Shown in pieces: positions 54,401 to 64,000 of a stretch of 64,000 nucleotides of DNA (position 1 is the stretch's first letter; each line of letters starts with the position of its first letter). The translations under genes and the position numbers were made by a program. The notes beneath the pieces were generated by a model. The model worked only from the letters and a program-made list of their open reading frames with translations. It was not told where the DNA came from and did no database searches. Origin of the DNA: an uncultured Planctomycetota bacterium (GTDB lineage Bacteria; Planctomycetota; Planctomycetia; Isosphaerales; Isosphaeraceae); contig CAWGMQ010000010.1 in assembly GCA_963823665.1 (NCBI GenBank), forward strand, positions 128,001 to 192,000. The letters run 5' to 3'.

Positions 54401-57400
54401 CCCTTGCGGGTCCGGTACTTTCCGCGCTCAACCGAGCGCGGCTCCATTGAAGCGGCGAGCTGCTGAGCAAGGTGCGTGCGGCGATCCAGGCGCTTTCCGC
54501 GCTCAACCGAGCGCGGCTCCATTGAAGCCGCCCTGACCGACGCGGATCTCTCCGAGCTGCTCTACTTTCCGCGCTCAACCGAGCGCGGCTCCATTGAAGC
54601 GGGCAGGCCGCCGAACGCCGTGATCAGCGTCTCGATCTTTCCGCGCTCAACCGAGCGCGGCTCCATTGAAGCGAGTCGCTTATTGGGAAGGGAGCCGCCC
54701 CACCGCCCCTTTCCGCGCTCAACCGAGCGCGGCTCCATTGAAGCGGCATAGGAGTCGGCGATGGAAGGCCCCGCTTGCGGCTTTCCGCGCTCAACCGAGC
54801 GCGGCTCCATTGAAGCGGGTCCGAGTTCGTGCGACCGGCCCGACACCTTCATCCTTTCCGCGCTCAACCGAGCGCGGCTCCATTGAAGCCCGACGAGCCC
54901 GGTGGCGGGGAACGGCACTGGCCGGGCTTTCCGCGCTCAACCGAGCGCGGCTCCATTGAAGCTGATGGCCGGGATGTCGACCAAAGAGCAGGTCATACGC
55001 TTTCCGCGCTCAACCGAGCGCGGCTCCATTGAAGCAGCTACTACCCCAATCGGATATCGGCATTTTAGCATCTTTCCGCGCTCAACCGAGCGCGGCTCCA
55101 TTGAAGCGTCATCACCACGGCCGGTGAGGAGGCCCAAGGCCCTTCTTTCCGCGCTCAACCGAGCGCGGCTCCATTGAAGCAGAGCATCGCGCAGTGGGGG
55201 GACTGTCCCGAGACCGAACTTTCCGCGCTCAACCGAGCGCGGCTCCATTGAAGCGATGGATGGGACCGCGGCCGGTTTGGCACAAGTCATACCACCTTTC
55301 CGCGCTCAACCGAGCGCGGCTCCATTGAAGCTGATGCGGCCCAGGAAATCCCGCTTTACGTCGACTCCTTTCCGCGCTCAACCGAGCGCGGCTCCATTGA
55401 AGCGGCTGTTTTCGGCCGCAGAATTGGCGAAAAACGAGCGACTTTCCGCGCTCAACCGAGCGCGGCTCCATTGAAGCGAGTTGTCTACCGGGCACTTCCA
55501 GGAGACGACCTTGACTTTCCGCGCTCAACCGAGCGCGGCTCCATTGAAGCGCCCACCTGCCCCTTGATTGGAGCCGCCCCATTGCTCCTTTCCGCGCTCA
55601 ACCGAGCGCGGCTCCATTGAAGCTATCCGGGCATGTTCCCGAACAGTACGGGTGTGCTTCTTTCCGCGCTCAACCGAGCGCGGCTCCATTGAAGCATCTC
55701 GGCATGCTCGCCCGGTGGGAGAGTAATATTGACTTTCCGCGCTCAACCGAGCGCGGCTCCATTGAAGCCCGGCGACCCGCTCCACATTCTGCTGGTCGTC
55801 TCCCCGCCTTTCCGCGCTCAACCGAGCGCGGCTCCATTGAAGCAACATAGGCCTGCTCGAGCAGTTCAGTGTCGCCAACTTTCCGCGCTCAACCGAGCGC
55901 GGCTCCATTGAAGCGGACAAAGCAGTACTCGATCAGTTGTCGGAGTCGGCGACTTTCCGCGCTCAACCGAGCGCGGCTCCATTGAAGCAGGAGCCCGGCC
56001 TGCTTCCCGTACGCTCGCGTTTTCCTTTCCGCGCTCAACCGAGCGCGGCTCCATTGAAGCACGCGGGCCCCGAGGCACTCGTCGAGGCGCTTGGTCTTTC
56101 CGCGCTCAACCGAGCGCGGCTCCATTGAAGCCCGTAAGGCCTGCGCCGGTTTGTGCCACTGTTCGGACCTTTCCGCGCTCAACCGAGCGCGGCTCCATTG
56201 AAGCTGATGAGTCTTGAATCAGCCGGACGGGCCTCCCAGTCCTTTCCGCGCTCAACCGAGCGCGGCTCCATTGAAGCCGACGTTTCCTCTGGCTGCGGTC
56301 TCGCCTTTGCCATGCCTTTCCGCGCTCAACCGAGCGCGGCTCCATTGAAGCTCGATGAAAACCGAGAGGGCAACCCGAAAACGGAGACTTTCCGCGCTCA
56401 ACCGAGCGCGGCTCCATTGAAGCGAGACGCCGAAGAACGAGAACATCGAGGGCGGACGACTTTCCGCGCTCAACCGAGCGCGGCTCCATTGAAGCGTTTC
56501 TGATACATGCAATAGACGGGCCAGTTAACGCTTTCCGCGCTCAACCGAGCGCGGCTCCATTGAAGCTACGAGTCGCCCAGGTTCATGAACAGCGTCCCGT
56601 CATCTTTCCGCGCTCAACCGAGCGCGGCTCCATTGAAGCCGGCTAAGAAGGTACCAGAACTGGCGCTCGCTGAACGTCTTTCCGCGCTCGACCGAGCGCG
56701 GCTCCATTGAAGCCGATAGTCGTCCACGTCCCGCCGATATCGACGCCGACCTTTCCGCGCTCAACCGAGCGCGGCTCCATTGAAGCGGGCGTGATCGTGC
56801 CCGGTTCGATGAATGCCGCGTTCTTTCCGCGCTCAACCGAGCGCGGCTCCATTGAAGCATGCTATCCTTGATGACCTTCCGTGCGAGCTTGACCCTTTCC
56901 GCGCTCAACCGAGCGCGGCTCCATTGAAGCATATCGGCCCAGCCGTCTGAATCTCAAACGCCTTGAGCTTTCCGCGCTCAACCGAGCGCGGCTCCATTGA
57001 AGCCGAGCTCGGTCGCTATCCGCTCTTGCGTCCACCCTCGGCCTTTCCGCGCTCAACCGAGCGCGGCTCCATTGAAGCATTGCCATGCGCTCGGCTTGCG
57101 TAGCTCTTCCAGCCCCTTTCCGCGCTCAACCGAGCGCGGCTCCATTGAAGCTTGATACTCGCGAAACGATTGGAAGGCCGCGGCATCTTTCCGCGCTCAA
57201 CCGAGCGCGGCTCCATTGAAGCCACTCACCCCACTCGACCACGCCGCCTGCGTTCTGCTTTCCGCGCTCAACCGAGCGCGGCTCCATTGAAGCGACTGCT
57301 GGCGACAGATAGAAAGTGAACGATTCGTACCTTTCCGCGCTCAACCGAGCGCGGCTCCATTGAAGCGAGCAACGCCGCTGGCCAGCCCAGGACGTTGCCG

Positions 57401-60400
57401 TTGCTTTCCGCGCTCAACCGAGCGCGGCTCCATTGAAGCTTCGCGGGCACAACGCCGAACTGGGTGGCGGCTTCCTTCTTTCCGCGCTCAACCGAGCGCG
57501 GCTCCATTGAAGCTCGTCGCACCGTTCAGCGCAAACGAGTCGGCCGCGTCCTTTCCGCGCTCAACCGAGCGCGGCTCCATTGAAGCGCACCGTTGGCGTG
57601 ATCGTGACGACGCCGTTGCCGCCGTCTTTCCGCGCTCAACCGAGCGCGGCTCCATTGAAGCTTGATCGCCGCTGAACACGCCGTCGAGTGTGGCACCTTT
57701 CCGCGCTCAACCGAGCGCGGCTCCATTGAAGCTTGACACGTTCGTGCCGTTCGCGAGCACGGTGCCGGTCCTTTCCGCGCTCAACCGAGCGCGGCTCCAT
57801 TGAAGCGGACGCGATCATAAAGCGCCGCCTCTTCATCGGTTTGAATACTTTCCGCGCTCAACCGAGCGCGGCTCCATTGAAGCACCGCCCGCCCCCCCAA
57901 CCCTAGTGGGAGGATGTGACCTTTCCGCGCTCAACCGAGCGCGGCTCCATTGAAGCTTCCACCACGCGACGAGGTCCGGCGGCCCCTTCCGCTTTCCGCG
58001 CTCAACCGAGCGCGGCTCCATTGAAGCTGCTCACACCGGAAGAACGTGAACGAATCCGCAAGGCTTTCCGCGCTCAACCGAGCGCGGCTCCATTGAAGCT
58101 GCCTTCAACGCGAATTACAACTCTCACGGTGGCGCCTTTCCGCGCTCAACCGAGCGCGGCTCCATTGAAGCCTTTGCCATCGCGTACCCGTTGATCCCTT
58201 TCTCTGCCCTTTCCGCGCTCAACCGAGCGCGGCTCCATTGAAGCTGTTCTGTCTTTTCTCTTTTACTGTGGTGTCGTAGAGCTTTCCGCGCTCAACCGAG
58301 CGCGGCTCCATTGAAGCTGGTGCGCCTGCCAACCGCCCGGCATGGCCTCGGAGACCTTTCCGCGCTCAACCGAGCGCGGCTCCATTGAAGCCATCGACTC
58401 GCTCTCCTCGTAAGTGAGATCCAATGGCTTTCCGCGCTCAACCGAGCGCGGCTCCATTGAAGCTTCATCCGTGGCGCCGACCTGCCGGCCCTTCCCGAGC
58501 CTTTCCGCGCTCAACCGAGCGCGGCTCCATTGAAGCGCGCGGAGCTGAAGCTGGCTGGCTTGCGTGAGCGATCTTTCCGCGCTCAACCGAGCGCGGCTCC
58601 ATTGAAGCGCCTCGTTGCCGCGCCGGCGCATGCCCTGGCATGTCCTTTCCGCGCTCAACCGAGCGCGGCTCCATTGAAGCCTCGTGCCATCCCTTTCTTT
58701 GCGCCAGGAAGATGTTCTTTCCGCGCTCAACCGAGCGCGGCTCCATTGAAGCAACAGCGAGGACGTGGCGGCGTGCGGACTCAAGGAACTTTCCGCGCTC
58801 AACCGAGCGCGGCTCCATTGAAGCCTGAATTCGGCCACCGCCAACACTGAGTCGTGAGCACCTTTCCGCGCTCAACCGAGCGCGGCTCCATTGAAGCGCC
58901 CAGGTCACAACCTTGAACCCCGCGGGGCCATAGCCTTTCCGCGCTCAACCGAGCGCGGCTCCATTGAAGCATTGGTTGGGGCGTCACGGGCATTGCTTGG
59001 TCTCTCCTTTCCGCGCTCAACCGAGCGCGGCTCCATTGAAGCATGAAAAAGCCAAGCCGGAAACGGGCGCGTCAATTGACCGCTTTCCGCGCTCAACCGA
59101 GCGCGGCTCCATTGAAGCGCTGCCGTCAGCAGGCACCCACTCGGGGTTGAGCCGTCTTTCCGCGCTCAACCGAGCGCGGCTCCATTGAAGCCGTGAGCCC
59201 CAATTGCGGGTTAACGCTGCGATCATCAACTTTCCGCGCTTAACCGAGCGCGGCTCCATTGAAGCGCCGACCAGCTTGAGGATGTCATGCCACTTGTCAA
59301 TCTTTCCGCGCTCAACCGAGCGCGGCTCCATTGAAGCCGCCCGACGACGTCGCACCCGCACGCGATGCTTCAGCTTTCCGCGCTCAACCGAGCGCGGCTC
59401 CATTGAAGCCGGTATCCCAGCAGCCCGGCCGGGACCTGGGCCTGCGCTTTCCGCGCTCAACCGAGCGCGGCTCCATTGAAGCCGCGCGCCCCCCAAGCGC
59501 TAGGCCAGGGAATCACCGCCTTTCCGCGCTCAACCGAGCGCGGCTCCATTGAAGCCACGTCGTGCCTCCTTTCGCGGCCTCGATCAAGGCCTTTCCGCGC
59601 TCAACCGAGCGCGGCTCCATTGAAGCTGCGGCACCCGGTCCAGGACCTCGTCGCCGGTCGAGCTTTCCGCGCTCAACCGAGCGCGGCTCCATTGAAGCGG
59701 AGGGCACTGAGATGGCATGGGTCGGTACTGAATATCCTTTCCGCGCTCAACCGAGCGCGGCTCCATTGAAGCTCCTTGCACTTTTCGCACGGCATATCAA
59801 ATTCGACTTCCTTTCCGCGCTCAACCGAGCGCGGCTCCATTGAAGCTTCGTCGCCGGCCGCGATGACGCCATTGGTAACCATGCTTTCCGCGCTCAACCG
59901 AGCGCGGCTCCATTGAAGCTATTTGTAGTCGCTCGGATAAAAGCCTGGCATCTTCTTTCCGCGCTCAACCGAGCGCGGCTCCATTGAAGCACCGACACCA
60001 CGAACATCGAAGAACGCAACCGTGAGCTTTCCGCGCTCAACCGAGCGCGGCTCCATTGAAGCTGCTTTTCGCGGTGAATCAAGTCAACCGAATCAACGCC
60101 TTTCCGCGCTCAACCGAGCGCGGCTCCATTGAAGCGGGCAGGGAAAGGCGCATTTTCGTCGGCGATTTGGAGCTTTCCGCGCTCAACCGAGCGCGGCTCC
60201 ATTGAAGCATCAGGGCTTGGCTGACATCGTCACGAAGATGTCGGACTTTCCGCGCTCAACCGAGCGCGGCTCCATTGAAGCCCTCATGGGCAACGGCCAG
60301 CTCACGGGGCTGGAGAAGGCTTTCCGCGCTCAACCGAGCGCGGCTCCATTGAAGCATCAAGTTGGCTAACGCTGTCGGGCCGCACGATCCGCTTTCCGCG

Positions 60401-60849
60401 CTCAACCGAGCGCGGCTCCATTGAAGCCAGGAGGCGTTCCGAGCTGACCAATCCGCGCGCGACCCGCTTTCCGCGCTCAACCGAGCGCGGCTCCATTGAA
60501 GCGTGATCTGCACCGCCGCGTTGGCCGTTATCTATTCGACTTTCCGCGCTCAACCGAGCGCGGCTCCATTGAAGCGAGGGCGGCTCCCTCTGTTCCGGCC
60601 AGAACGATCGCCTTTCCGCGCTCAACCGAGCGCGGCTCCATTGAAGCCGTCCACTCTTCGCAGTCCACCGATGGCGACGTTGGTGCTTTCCGCGCTCAAC
60701 CGAGCGCGGCTCCATTGAAGCCCTGAACCGAACGTCGGTTACCTTGCTTTCCATAGGCTTTCCGCGCTCAACCGAGCGCGGCTCCATTGAAGCCGCTTCC
60801 GTCGCGTCGGCGACAACGCGGCAGACACGTCTTTCCGCGCTCAACCGAG
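51426..60849 (+). CRISPR. Type I-G CRISPR array: 129 full 36-bp repeats plus one truncated repeat, 129 spacers of ~35-41 bp (manual count)
   Basis: Repeat CTTTCCGCGCTCAACCGAGCGCGGCTCCATTGAAGC with an 8-bp stem (CCGCGCTC/GAGCGCGG) and ATTGAAGC 3' end. Confidence 0.99.
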
Positions 60850-60872
60850 AAGAAAGGACATGCATTGTATTC

Positions 60873-60901
60873 TTGACACAACCCGGCAGTTTAGGTAACC
60901 T
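60873..60901 (+). promoter_or_regulatory. Sigma70-type promoter of the transposase
   Basis: TTGACA-17 nt-TAACCT. Confidence 0.7.
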
Positions 60902-60932
60902 CCGTCGATCGATCACCTACGGAGCCCCACCC

Positions 60933-62018
60933 ATGACAATGCCCCGCGCCCATCTGGTCGATCCCGCCGTAACCCGCTGGTATCACTGCGTCACACGCTG
61001 CGTGCGACGCGCGTTCTTGCTCAGCGAAGGCCCGCTCAACCGCCGAGAATGGATCGAACAACGGCTCCAAGAACTTGCGGGAATCTTCGCGATGTCCGTC
61101 GGCGGTTTCTCGGTCATGGACAACCATCTGCACGTACTCGTGCGCCTCGACCCCGAAGTGGCCAAAGACTGGTCAGACGAAGAAGTCGTCCGGCGCTGGG
61201 CCCGGCTCTTCCCACCACGCGACAAATCCCGCCAGCCCCTCCCGGTCACCAAGGCCTGGGTCGAGTGGCGCTTGCAAGACCCCCAGTGGGTGGCTACAGC
61301 CCGCGAGCGCTTGCAAAGCCTGAGCTGGCTTATGAAATGCCTGAAAGAACCACTCTCTCGCCTCGCCAACCGCCAGGACAACGCCCGAGGCGCATTCTTC
61401 GAGGGACGCTTCAAAAGCATCGCCATCCTCGACGACGAATCCCTCCTGGCAACCTGCGCCTACATCGACCTGAATCCCGTCGCCGCCGGCATCGTCGAAG
61501 TTCCGGAAGCAAGCCCCCACACCTCGATCACCACCCGAATCGAACACGTGAAGGAACAAGGCCGACTAGCCGACCTGACGCCGGTTCCAGCCGGCATCCT
61601 CCATGGACCCAACGGGGCCGAGGTCAATTGCCACGGGCTTCAGCCCTCGGCACCAGACTCAAACGCCGCGTCCGGTCTCGAAGACTCAATCTGGCTCTGC
61701 CCGATCGAAGATCGCCGTTCGCTCGATTCATCACGTGAAGGAATGATCGAGGGCTTCCCGCTCAGGACCTATCTACTCCTGGTCGAATACACCGGCCGGC
61801 TCTTCCGCGACCGCAAGGCCATCATCTCGGCCGAGCTATCAGGCATCCTCCAACGAATTGGCTCGAGCGCAGAGACCTGGTGGGCCCGCCTCGAAAAGCT
61901 CACCAAAGGCCGCCTCCTGGGCCGTTTCTTCGCCGCCAGCCGCTCGCGCCTGCGAGAGACCGCCGCTCGACTCGGCGTCCACCACTTGGCCAACCTCGCC
62001 GGATGCGCGGCACGATAA
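60933..62018 (+). mobile_element. Y1 HUH (IS200-like / RAYT-type) transposase
   Basis: YHCVTRCVRRAFL, VMDNHLHVL (HUH), FEGRFKS and AYIDLNPV (catalytic Tyr). GGAG RBS. Confidence 0.88.
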
Positions 62019-62100
62019 ACAACAACCGCCGGAGTGAAACCGGGACGCGGACGGTTTTGCGTTCGAGGGGAAGGGAAACGGACACGCGCGCTGCACGAAC

Positions 62101-62290
62101 TTAGCGAGCTGGATCGGACCCAGACTGGCTTACCTTACGCGGCCGTCCCTCCGGGCGAACGGTGTGCTCCAGGCCGAGCGCTTTCACCGTTCGCCGCACA
62201 CACTCGTCACCGCCGTAGGGTCGTCCTCTCTCGATACCAGACGCACTCGGTCTAGTTCTTTGGCCGTCAACGGCGCATTGAGCCTTTTCT
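62101..62290 (-). pseudogene. C-terminal remnant of a second RAYT-type transposase
   Basis: RGRPYGGDECVRRTVKALGLEHTVRPEGRPRK resembles the RAYT C-terminal tail. Confidence 0.6.
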
Positions 62291-62455
62291 TTGAACCTCA
62301 AGTCTTCGTGACTCTGAACAGATAGTTTACTATTGGGCTTCCCACCCTCTGGTTTTTTGTTCAGTTTTCACTTGAGATTGACCGAAGAAGCCGCGTACAA
62401 CGAGGGTCGGTGTTAGTCAAGACCGATTCAGGCTTGATCCCCGAATGAGGTCGGT

Positions 62456-63031
62456 ATGAACTTCAGGTTCGAGCCGCTCAAGACAACGCAGGCAGCAGCG
62501 CACCTCCTCACCTTGGAGGGAAGAGTGATGGACCGCTTGCGACTGCTCAAACTACTCTACATCGTAGATAGAGAGCTTCTAGCGGCAAAAGATCGCACGC
62601 TGACGGGTGACAGGGCGGTCGCTATGAACTACGGACCCGTCCTAAGTCACACCTACAACTTGGTCAACGGCAAGGAACAGTCGCCGGAAGACTGGAATAG
62701 ATACATTCGCTCGGTTAACAAGAAAGTCGTCCTGATGGGAGATCCGGGACGAGGCGAGCTCTCCAAGAGGGAGATCGACAAACTCGAAGAGGTCAGTAGT
62801 CGCTTCAGAGATATCTCGACGAGCGGGCTTTCTGCCTTCACTCACGAATTCTTGGAGTGGGTAAAGAACTTCAAGCCGGATACGTCTCGGCCGATTCCTT
62901 GGACGGATGCTCTCGCAAGCATGGGAAGCGAAGGTAAGATCGCAGCTTTCGAGGAGAAGCTTGCGGAGCAGGAGGTCATCGACTCGATCTTCGGTTTGCC
63001 GACCGAGAGCAAGGTCGAGACAGGAGCCTGA
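62456..63031 (+). CDS. Panacea-domain (SocA/DUF4065) antitoxin
   Basis: LRLLKLLYIVDR, AMNYGPV and THEFLEW motifs. GAGGT RBS. Confidence 0.85.
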   Translation: MNFRFEPLKTTQAAAHLLTLEGRVMDRLRLLKLLYIVDRELLAAKDRTLTGDRAVAMNYGPVLSHTYNLVNGKEQSPEDWNRYIRSVNKKVVLMGDPGRGELSKREIDKLEEVSSRFRDISTSGLSAFTHEFLEWVKNFKPDTSRPIPWTDALASMGSEGKIAAFEEKLAEQEVIDSIFGLPTESKVETGA

Positions 63032-63033
63032 AG

Positions 63034-63413
63034 GTGAAGGGCGGGACACCTTCAGGCTTGTCGGTGTCGCTGACCGACACACGTGGGTCGTCTTAACCGA
63101 TCCTGAGAAAGACCCAAACCAGATCCTCATCGTAAGCTTCACCAGTTTTACGCCGGGAGTTGGAATGGATGACGCGTGCGTTGTGCAAACGAGTGAGTAT
63201 TCGATTCTGACAAACAAATCTTGCATTTATTATGAGGACATAAAAGAACTTTCGCTAACCGACTTGGAGAGACTTGGAGCGAAAGGGCTGTTGCAGAAGC
63301 GCACGCCGGTTCCCGCTCCTCTATTGCAGAGAATCAGAAACGGCGCTATGAACTCCGATGACTGCAAGCAGAAGCATAAGGAAGTCCTTCGGAAGCAGGA
63401 ACTTATCTCCTAG
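63034..63413 (+). CDS. Putative PemK/MazF-fold toxin (probable 1-nt deletion just after the GTG start)
   Basis: AGGAG RBS then GTG AAG GGC GG-GAC ACC TTC (MKGGDTF), followed by HTWVVLTD..LIVSFTS, a PemK-like strand pattern. Confidence 0.55.
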
Positions 63414-64000
63414 CTCTGGTGGTCGATCTGCCGCAATGCCTGCAACCGATGTCCACGGGAGGTGAAACCGCGACGCGGACAGTGTGGTCCGCATCGAGTT
63501 GAGCGAGCGGCCGGGGGACGCTTCCGGGCTTTGGTCGACCCCGACGCTGGGGCCCGGTTCTGGGTCGGTGTGGACACCGGCAACTGCGTATAATAAGATC
63601 GTCAGCGCACCGATAGACCCGGCCAGAGTTGGGGGAGGAAGCCATGGGAGATTGCGCGGCCAGTCGGCTTCAGGTGTATCGGGTCGCCAAGACGGGGATC
63701 CAGGAGTCAGAGGCTCATCGACTGGCGGAAGCTCTCAGGATCCCCGCCAGGGGGTTGAGATGGCTGGATGGCGAGGCTTCGTTTGTCGATCGCGATAAAT
63801 ACCTGGCTGTTCCAAGCGTCCGGATCGAGGACCCGGATACCGTTGCCCGCTTCACCGAGGCCACCACGAACCACTACCCGGAGATCCCGATCGCCATCAC
63901 CGGCATCGACTACGCAGCGCTCGACCGGCACGTGCCGTTTGCCGACGACTTGGCATTGAGGTCGGCCACCGCAGCCCTGGAGACCGCAGGGCTGACGCCG

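Noticed and set aside
51462..60830. Self-targeting spacers against genes in this window
   Set aside because: None recognised by eye. This is not exhaustive and needs BLASTN.
51326..60916. Dozens of ORFs with MEPRSVERGK / LQWSRARLSAE / FRAQPSAAPLK repeats
   Set aside because: These are translations of the CRISPR repeat, not genes.
60744..60932. N-terminal extension fusing array sequence to the transposase (424-aa ORF)
   Set aside because: The promoter and RBS point to the ATG at 60933. The upstream open frame is incidental.
62085..62100. CGCGCGCTGCACGAAC as the missing second half of the truncated repeat
   Set aside because: Only patchy similarity to CGCGGCTCCATTGAAGC in GC-rich DNA, and the left half is unmutated, so such divergence would be unexpected.
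63414..64000. ORFs at the right edge
   Set aside because: Too short or partial to assign.

Overview
GC-rich bacterial DNA whose gene content and repeat families look like Planctomycetota (probably Isosphaeraceae-like; this is inference). Many genes carry single-base frameshifts, suggesting an unpolished long-read assembly. Layout: (1) 1-6.3 kb is a decayed defence island (HipA-like kinase + DUF3037, a duplicated Schlafen/AlbA_2 + partner module, HEPN and HNH remnants, truncated DISARM drmD). (2) 7-37 kb holds core genes (Aas-like acyltransferase, UxaA-family dehydratase, epimerase, two FHA proteins, ABC transporter, PilM-to-secretin cluster) with many short palindromic repeats. (3) 39-61 kb is a type I-G (I-U) CRISPR-Cas locus: WYL regulator, cas3, an antisense VapBC-type pair, short cas8g, enlarged cas7, csb2, cas2, a REP tandem, a REP-invaded cas4-cas1 fusion and an array of about 130 repeats. 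The array is cut mid-repeat just before a Y1/RAYT-type transposase. (4) A Panacea antitoxin and a PemK/MazF-like partner follow. The least explained signal is a recurring pattern in which a short palindrome sits between two 35-45 bp copies of local sequence, with a 71-75 bp period that matches the CRISPR unit length. Four sites show it, including one inside cas1 and one next to the leader. Family assignments come from motif recognition, not database searches.
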